Assembly (NCBI GenBank): GCA_964349405.1
Contig: CAYGGY010000003.1
Location: 63,908 to 127,907 of the forward strand
Reading direction: 5' to 3'
DNA from: an uncultured Ohtaekwangia sp.
GTDB lineage: Bacteria > Bacteroidota > Bacteroidia > Cytophagales > Cyclobacteriaceae
Length of the DNA: 64,000 nt
In this document: positions 57,624-64,000 of the stretch, piece by piece
Layout: the number at the start of each line of letters is the position of its first letter
How positions within the stretch are numbered: the stretch's first letter is position 1
Made by a program: the position numbers and the translations under genes
The notes under the pieces: model-generated
Seen by the model: only the letters and a program-made list of their open reading frames with translations
Database searches by the model: none
Told to the model about the DNA's origin: nothing

Positions 57624-59094
57624 CTGCCTTGGGCAAATTAAACATGCTGCTGAGAAGATCCTTAAACTGAAGTCCTGAAGTAAGCGTGTGCTTACTGATC
57701 AAACTAAATTCGGCCAAACCGTGCAGCGCAAACTCCATCAAGAAAAGTTTATGGCCGGCATCGGCTGGTTTTTGAAATTCATTAATTAAATCAGCCAGAC
57801 CGGGTACAGACTTTAATGACTTTTCATAATCAGCGTTGCTCATATCATGTAGCAGATCGATGGTGTTTCCATCACCAAACCAGTTGGTGATTTTCTTATA
57901 AGGACTTTTTTCCTTTTGCTTTCTGAATTTATCCGGGTCTGGAAAGTAATTTACAAACTGGGCACGAATGGCCTTGCCCACCAAATTCTGCGCTACAATG
58001 CCAGGCCCCTCTTGTTGCCCCTCATATACCAATTCCACTTTGCCTGTAATGGAAGGCACTACTCCAATAAAATCTGAAATTCGTACGGCAGTATTTTTAT
58101 CATGATTAATTAATGATCTACGCTCGGCAGCGGCAATCAAACTTTCAAAAGCTGAAATAGTAAGTCGTGCCGAAACTCCGCTCTTCGCATCCACATATTC
58201 ACTTTTGCGTGCTTCGAAGGCGATTTGCTCAACCAGGTCTTTGGCAATTTCATTGGTGGTTACACGTTCCTTTTGCTCATCGCGTATGGAGGCTTCTTGT
58301 TGTGTAATTTTTTTACTCACCTCCATCGACTTCGGATAATGAGTAATAATCTGGCTATCTATACGATCTTTTAAGGGTGTAACTATGCTGCCACGATTGG
58401 TGTAATCTTCGGGATTGGCTGTAAACACAAACTGAAGATCAAGATGAAGACGGATTTTAAATCCCCGAATCTGAATATCGCCTTCCTGAAGAATATTGAA
58501 AAGTGCTACCTGAATGCGTGCTTGCAAATCCGGAAGTTCATTGATCACAAAAATGCAACGATGCGAACGTGGGATCAGACCAAAGTGAATAACACGTTCG
58601 TCCGAATAAGGTAATTTTAACGATGCCGCTTTGATGGGATCTACGTCACCAATCAGATCAGCAATGGAAACATCGGGTGTGGCTAATTTTTCAGTATAGC
58701 GTTCATCACGTTGTAGCCAGGTAATGGGCAATTGGTCACCAAATTCTTTGATTTTATCCTTACCATATCGTGAGATGGGATGTAACGGATCGTCATTCAA
58801 TTCGGAACCCTCTATCACCGGCACATATTCATCCAACAGGTTAACCATTAACCGTGCGAGCCGTGTCTTTGCCTGACCGCGTAAACCGAGGAGGTTGATA
58901 TCGTGACCGGCCAGGATGGCTCTTTCCAAATCCGGTATTACTGTTTCTTCATAACCCCATATTCCTTCAAATACATTTTCGTTTGCTTTTAGTTTTTGAA
59001 TGAGGTTTGCTCTTAATTCATCTTTAATGGTTTTGAAATGATAACCAGAACTTTTGAGTTGTGCGAGTGTATTAATGTTTTTGTGGTCTTTCAT
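57571..59094 (-). CDS. Mg-chelatase/MoxR-like AAA+ ATPase
   Basis: Walker A variant GLRGQAKT, Walker B variant FVINE, FTANPEDYTNRG, PLKDRI (arginine finger). Confidence 0.88.
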   Translation of the reverse strand: MKDHKNINTLAQLKSSGYHFKTIKDELRANLIQKLKANENVFEGIWGYEETVIPDLERAILAGHDINLLGLRGQAKTRLARLMVNLLDEYVPVIEGSELNDDPLHPISRYGKDKIKEFGDQLPITWLQRDERYTEKLATPDVSIADLIGDVDPIKAASLKLPYSDERVIHFGLIPRSHRCIFVINELPDLQARIQVALFNILQEGDIQIRGFKIRLHLDLQFVFTANPEDYTNRGSIVTPLKDRIDSQIITHYPKSMEVSKKITQQEASIRDEQKERVTTNEIAKDLVEQIAFEARKSEYVDAKSGVSARLTISAFESLIAAAERRSLINHDKNTAVRISDFIGVVPSITGKVELVYEGQQEGPGIVAQNLVGKAIRAQFVNYFPDPDKFRKQKEKSPYKKITNWFGDGNTIDLLHDMSNADYEKSLKSVPGLADLINEFQKPADAGHKLFLMEFALHGLAEFSLISKHTLTSGLQFKDLLSSMFNLPKADDEDESDDDEDFGSGKR

Positions 59095-59178
59095 TTTCGT
59101 TATTTGTTATTCGTTGTTGGTGTAATTTGGTTAGAACGTTAACGGCATCAACGAATAACCACCAACCACCAACGCTAT
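59095..59178. repeat. Heptamer-periodic inverted array between the vWA and AAA+ genes
   Basis: tatttgt tattcgt tgttggt ... acgaata accacca accacca; tattcgt/acgaata are exact reverse complements. Confidence 0.6.
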
Positions 59179-60275
59179 TATAAATTCTTAGCACGGTTTC
59201 GTTTAAAATCTTCGAAAACCAAATCACCTAACCCTTGCAGGCTGCTGTAATAGGCATTGCCGTTGTTGGCTTTTGTAAACTCCCGTACAAATGCTTTCAG
59301 GTAAGGATCAGTGGCAATCATAAAAGTGGTAACTGGTATTTTTAATTTTCTGAGTTGCGTGGCAAGGTCTAGTGTCTTGTTGAGGATTTTATGATCGAGG
59401 CCAAAACTGTTTTTGTAATATTTTATTCCTTGCTTGATGCATGTAGGTTTCCCATCGGTGATCATGAACACCTGCTTGTTAGTATTTTTCCTTCGTCTCA
59501 AAATATCCATCGCCAATTCAAGACCAGCCACGGTGTTGGTGTGATACGGCCCCACTTGAAGGTAGGGAAGATCTTTGATTTCAATTTGCCAGGCGTCATC
59601 ACCAAAGACTAAAATATCAAGTGTGTCTTTTGGATATTTTTTGGTGATCAGCTCGGCCAGCGCCATGGCTACTTTTTTAGCGGGTGTGATACGGTCTTCG
59701 CCATATAAAATCATGGAATGGGAGATGTCGATCATGAGCACGGTGGAGGTCTGTGTTTTAAATTCGCTTTCAATGACCTCAAGATCTTCTTCAGTCATGA
59801 AAAAATCATCCAGCCCATGATTAATTTGTGCATTGCGTAATGAATCGGTCATCGAAATTTGATCGATGGCATCACCAAACTCGTAATCGCGCCTGTCAGT
59901 AGTTGATTCGTCCCCGCGACCGCTATGATGTGTTTTATGCTCTCCGGATTTTGATTTCTTCAGCTTGCCGAAAATTTCTTCCAGCGCAGACTGTCGCAGG
60001 CTTTGCTCACTTTTAGCTTTTAGTTTGAATTCTCCATCAGGACCTTCCTCGGTGATGTAGCCATTTTTTTTCAGGTCCTCAATAAAATCGCCAATGCCAT
60101 AGTTAGGATTGGAAAGATTGTATTGCTTGTCAACTTCGGTTAGCCACTGTAGCGCTTCGGAAACATTACCTGCGGTGATTAATATTAATTGCATGAAAAT
60201 CTTCAGCAATCGTTCGAAGTCGCTTTTCTCACTTTCGGGTGGCGGGGTGTATTGTGAAAAGCGATGTCCAAGCAT
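59178..60275 (-). CDS. von Willebrand factor type A (vWA) domain protein
   Basis: MIDAS elements DISHS, TNT and ITDG; directly upstream of the AAA+ ATPase. Confidence 0.88.
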   Translation of the reverse strand: MLGHRFSQYTPPPESEKSDFERLLKIFMQLILITAGNVSEALQWLTEVDKQYNLSNPNYGIGDFIEDLKKNGYITEEGPDGEFKLKAKSEQSLRQSALEEIFGKLKKSKSGEHKTHHSGRGDESTTDRRDYEFGDAIDQISMTDSLRNAQINHGLDDFFMTEEDLEVIESEFKTQTSTVLMIDISHSMILYGEDRITPAKKVAMALAELITKKYPKDTLDILVFGDDAWQIEIKDLPYLQVGPYHTNTVAGLELAMDILRRRKNTNKQVFMITDGKPTCIKQGIKYYKNSFGLDHKILNKTLDLATQLRKLKIPVTTFMIATDPYLKAFVREFTKANNGNAYYSSLQGLGDLVFEDFKRNRAKNL

Positions 60276-60491
60276 AAATTATTTTTGTGTTATACGTTTA
60301 ACCAAATAAAGGCATTTTCTGTTTCCGGATTTCCCATAATTCAGTGACGGCAAAATGGAATTATGAAAATGCATCAATCAACAAATAAGATAAGCCTTCT
60401 TTGGGTGAACTTCAAATTGGAAGAAGAATCTTCTTTCACACGTGTATTAAAAAATACCTTGATGAAAACACGGCAGACTTTCAACCTCGCC

Positions 60492-61646
60492 TCACGTCAG
60501 CGACCCAACCGAACGGTGTGCTGCGGCCTTCTCTAAGATGATTTCGTAATACCGTTCATACCGCGGCAATATGTTGGTGATATCAAATTCTTTAGCACGC
60601 GCCAGCGCATTTCCTTTGAATTTCGGCAAATTGTTTTTGTCTAAGATAAAAAGAGAATTTCGTGTCATATCTTCAACATCTCCGACATTGCTCATAAAAC
60701 CGGTAACTCCCTGCACCTGTAATTCAGGTATGCCACCTGTGTTTGTTGAAATGACAGGAACTTCACAGGCCATCGCTTCCAACGCTGCTAATCCGAAACT
60801 CTCTTTTTCAGAAGGCATTAAGAAAAGGTCTGCTACTGATAAAACTTCCTCTACGGCTTCCTGTTTTCCTAAAAAACGCACGGCATCACTAATAGCCAAA
60901 TCGCGCGTCATTGTTTCGGCCATGGTGCGCTCGGGGCCATCGCCTATCAATAATAATTTGGATGGGATTTCTTTATGGATATTATTGAATACATGAATCA
61001 CATCACTCACCCGTTTCACTTTTCGGAAGTTGGAGGTATGTACAATTAAGGATTCGCCATGCGGGCATATCGCTTTCTTAAAATGATCCTTTTTTTGCTT
61101 CTTAAATTTTTCGAGGTCGATGAAGTTGGGTATCACTTCAATATCTCTGGTAATTTTAAATGAGTGATATGTTTCTCTTTTTAAATCTTCTGATACCGAT
61201 GTTACACCATCCGACTCGTTAATACTGAATGTTACCACGGGCTCGTATGAAGCATCTTTTCCAACGAGCGTAATATCAGTGCCATGTAGTGTAGTAATTA
61301 CGGGAATATAAATACCCTGCGTTTTTAAAATTTGTTTCGCCATATAGGCTGCTGAGGCGTGTGGAATCGCATAGTGAACATGTAGCAGATCTAATTTTTC
61401 ATTTTTCACGACACTCACCATTTTGCTGGCCAATGCCAACTCATAGGGTGGATATTCAAACAATGGATAGGAGTGGAATTCTACTTCGTGATAGAACAAA
61501 TTTTCATTCAGAAAATCCAAACGGGTGGGCTGACTATAGGTAATAAAGTGAACTTCATGGCCTTCTTTGGAAAGTGCCTTTCCTAATTCGGTTGCCACAA
61601 CCCCACTTCCACCGAAAGTTGGATAACATACTATTCCTATTTTCAT
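60492..61646 (-). CDS. bshA: N-acetyl-alpha-D-glucosaminyl L-malate synthase (bacillithiol biosynthesis, GT4)
   Basis: MKIGIVCYPTFGGSGVVATELG, HVHYAIPHA, TTLHGTDIT, HTSNFRKVKR, ESFGLAALEAM. Confidence 0.93.
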   Translation of the reverse strand: MKIGIVCYPTFGGSGVVATELGKALSKEGHEVHFITYSQPTRLDFLNENLFYHEVEFHSYPLFEYPPYELALASKMVSVVKNEKLDLLHVHYAIPHASAAYMAKQILKTQGIYIPVITTLHGTDITLVGKDASYEPVVTFSINESDGVTSVSEDLKRETYHSFKITRDIEVIPNFIDLEKFKKQKKDHFKKAICPHGESLIVHTSNFRKVKRVSDVIHVFNNIHKEIPSKLLLIGDGPERTMAETMTRDLAISDAVRFLGKQEAVEEVLSVADLFLMPSEKESFGLAALEAMACEVPVISTNTGGIPELQVQGVTGFMSNVGDVEDMTRNSLFILDKNNLPKFKGNALARAKEFDITNILPRYERYYEIILEKAAAHRSVGSLT

Positions 61647-61761
61647 TAGTTTCATTTTGGAGTTTTATAGGTTTTTTTCTGGAGATCTTGTATTAACTAA
61701 TTTATGGTCACTTTAGTTTCGGGTTCTTTACCAAAAACAGTCAATTAAAAATCGGAACCAT

Positions 61762-64000
61762 TCAGTATTGTCGATAATCAAAGATGGCCTTGTAAATTAC
61801 CTCCTGGATACGTGGACGTATATTGGCATTTAATAGTTTATTATTTGTCATATCCGGATGAACTCTGTTGGACAAAAAGATAAAAACAAGATTAAACTCT
61901 GGGTCCACCCAGATACAAGTGCCAGTGAAACCGGTATGCCCAAACGTTTTTTTAGATGCAAAAAGAGTAGTAGGGCCATTCCAATCGCTAGGGGTAGGCT
62001 TATCCCAGCCAAGACCGCGCCTGCTTGGTTCATATTGTTTTGCTGTAAAAAATTCTACTGTTTCGGGTTTATAATATTGATGACCACCGTAGCTACCTTT
62101 TTGTAGAAGCATCTGGCCCAGTTTGGCCAGATCGTTGGCCGATCCAAATAAACCTGCATGCCCGGCAATGCCACCCTGCATAGCAGCGCCCTGGTCATGC
62201 ACATAGCCCGTCAATAATTTTTTTCTCCACAGTATGTCATTTTCGGTAGGAGCAATAAGATAGTCTGGAAATTTCCGAAGAGGCAGGTAACCCATTTCAT
62301 AGGCACCTAAAGGCTCATATAAATTTTGATCAAGGAATTCTTCCATCGGTTGATTAAGAATTTTTTCAGCCAGATGTTGAAGAATATAAAAACCCATATC
62401 GCTGTAGGTATAGTTATATGATGTGCGAGGGGGTTTTTCGCGAATCTTGGCTTTGATAATCCAACTCCATAAACTGTCTTTCATAGACTTGTGGGCAAAG
62501 AGACCATCCGCCACCGGATAAGGATAATCTTTACTGCTTGCTGAACTGTAGTATTGAGGGAGTTGTACCCCGTCTTTAACTGTTTCTGACCAGAAAGGAA
62601 GGTATGGCCAAAGGCCTGCCTGGTGGGTAAGAATATCTTTAATGGTAAAGTCTTTTTTATTCGAATTTTTTAATTCGGGTAGATACACCGAAGCTTTTTT
62701 ATTTACATCGATGAGACCCTTCTCATACATGAACATCACCGTTTGCAAGGTGGCTGAAACTTTGGTAACAGAGGCCAGATCATAAATAGTCTGTTCAGTA
62801 ACCGGAATTTTATTTTCGTACGAGAGATAACCACTCGAATATTCATACACGACCATGCCATCTTTGGCTACCAGCACATGACTTCCAGGCGTAGCGCCTA
62901 TTTCAATAGCTTCCTGTGCGATGGCTTCAATTTTTGAAAGTGTCTTGCTATTGATGCCAGCCGCCTCGGGCAGGCTGTACGATAATCTTCCGGTGATTTC
63001 ACTTTTTATACCTTGTCCTTCCTGATAATTTGAAATGGAGAAAGGCAACTCTCCCCGCGCAGCCACACCACCAAAAATTATTTGTGCCGCCACTTTGGGC
63101 ACTACGTTTTGATCAGTATATCCAACCAATAGCGTAGGGATCCCCTCCAGGTATTTTAGTTCAGCGGGATTAGTGAAATGACTCACGATTACCTCCTTCC
63201 TTTTAGTAAAGGATTTAATAAAAGGAGCGACAACTTTAATGAAAGAAGAGGAAAGAGGAAAAACACCAATCACAATCACATCGGCTGCTGCCAGTTTTGC
63301 TCTTATGCGTGCTGTATCTTCTGGCAATCGTATGGATAGATGCTCGAACGATGCGTACTTGGATAAGTAATGGGTAAATTCATTTTGTTCCTCGCGACCA
63401 ACACTGACTGAAACAAACTTTTTATCTTCAACACGCAGCACCGGCACCGATTTTTTCTCATTTACAAGTAGTGTGACCGATGCTTCCGAAATCTGATGAC
63501 TCAACAGTTTTGCCTGTGGAGAGTTTAAGCGAGCCACCAGATTATCGGTTGTTACTGATTTTTTATAGGACAGGCCTGCATCGTATTTGGCGGATAATAT
63601 TTTTATCACGGCTTCATCCAGTCTCGCCTTTAAAATTTTATTTTTTCTTACCTCCTTTGAGATGAGTTTTACTGATGCAGAAATATTATGCGGATTAATC
63701 AGTATATCATTGCCTACTTCAAGGGCCAACTTTTCAATAACGCCATCGCGCTGGGTGCCTGTAGTTTTTTGAAGATGGGGGATATCGGTAAAACACAGTC
63801 CATTAAATCCCAGATTTTTTTTAAGAATCTCACTAATGAAAATTTGAGACCGAGATTTGGCTGTGGGGTTAGGATAAAGATGCAAATGTGAGGTGAGTAG
63901 TCCCTGCAACCCGGCATTTACTAATTGACGATACGGATATAGACCAATGGTGTCCAGCGGTGAAATAGTAACAAATAAAGAAGAATCCTTTTCATTTGTT
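61762..64000 (-). CDS. GH3-like N-terminal domains fused to a beta-lactamase/serine hydrolase domain; 5' end lies beyond the right edge
   Basis: The frame stays open from 63999 (TNEKDSSLF...) into the 715-aa ORF. GH3-like LYPYRQLV...LGFNGLCFTD; serine hydrolase motifs ASVTK, YSD and GHTGFTG. Confidence 0.88.
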   Translation of the reverse strand, partial: TNEKDSSLFVTISPLDTIGLYPYRQLVNAGLQGLLTSHLHLYPNPTAKSRSQIFISEILKKNLGFNGLCFTDIPHLQKTTGTQRDGVIEKLALEVGNDILINPHNISASVKLISKEVRKNKILKARLDEAVIKILSAKYDAGLSYKKSVTTDNLVARLNSPQAKLLSHQISEASVTLLVNEKKSVPVLRVEDKKFVSVSVGREEQNEFTHYLSKYASFEHLSIRLPEDTARIRAKLAAADVIVIGVFPLSSSFIKVVAPFIKSFTKRKEVIVSHFTNPAELKYLEGIPTLLVGYTDQNVVPKVAAQIIFGGVAARGELPFSISNYQEGQGIKSEITGRLSYSLPEAAGINSKTLSKIEAIAQEAIEIGATPGSHVLVAKDGMVVYEYSSGYLSYENKIPVTEQTIYDLASVTKVSATLQTVMFMYEKGLIDVNKKASVYLPELKNSNKKDFTIKDILTHQAGLWPYLPFWSETVKDGVQLPQYYSSASSKDYPYPVADGLFAHKSMKDSLWSWIIKAKIREKPPRTSYNYTYSDMGFYILQHLAEKILNQPMEEFLDQNLYEPLGAYEMGYLPLRKFPDYLIAPTENDILWRKKLLTGYVHDQGAAMQGGIAGHAGLFGSANDLAKLGQMLLQKGSYGGHQYYKPETVEFFTAKQYEPSRRGLGWDKPTPSDWNGPTTLFASKKTFGHTGFTGTCIWVDPEFNLVFIFLSNRVHPDMTNNKLLNANIRPRIQEVIYKAIFDYRQY

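Noticed and set aside
21781-59178. Possibility that the heptamer arrays are CRISPR repeats, tRNAs or IS ends
   Set aside because: There is no constant 23-47-nt repeat with unique spacers, no cas gene, no cloverleaf or T-loop consensus, and no transposase anywhere in the window.
60320-60372. CATAATTC/GAATTATG 8-bp inverted repeat upstream of the vWA gene
   Set aside because: Short and AT-rich with no supporting context; within chance expectation.

Overview
A chromosomal, mostly housekeeping segment of a Bacteroidota genome. The order Cytophagales is inferred from gene content, gene order and repeated TAnnTTTG promoter elements. In order the window holds: the 5' ~5.35 kb of the T9SS translocon gene sprA (missed by the ORF track because it runs off the left edge); ruvA; a stand-alone divergent MreB paralogue; maeB; a long minus-strand envelope cluster (flippase, nucleotidyltransferase, TPR, DUF4292, M23/EnvC-like, tatA, gatA, mltD, DUF4837); a T9SS cargo protein with a beta-solenoid-like repeat region; a biotin carrier; a TPP riboswitch controlling a TonB-dependent receptor; a UbiA prenyltransferase; purN; hmgA; a C-terminal protease; ric-ruvX-def-aminotransferase-amidase; purH; the mreBCD-pbp2-rodA operon; tdk-recO; a lipid/gdh cluster; dusB; an AT-rich islet with a GMC oxidoreductase; PIN-PhoH; a vWA / AAA+ / Schlafen(AlbA_2) operon; bshA; and a GH3/beta-lactamase fusion cut by the right edge. 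I saw no tRNA, rRNA, CRISPR array or transposase. I cannot show a clearly new system from the sequence alone. The best leads are: (1) a ~22-bp leader hairpin plus U8 tract, with overlapping uORFs, just before PIN-PhoH; (2) a Schlafen-family nuclease-like gene overlapping an AAA+/vWA pair; (3) the second MreB; (4) intergenic inverted arrays built from 7-nt units; (5) a TPP riboswitch with an atypical P1 and a competing 5' GNRA hairpin. All family calls come from motif recognition, not database searches.
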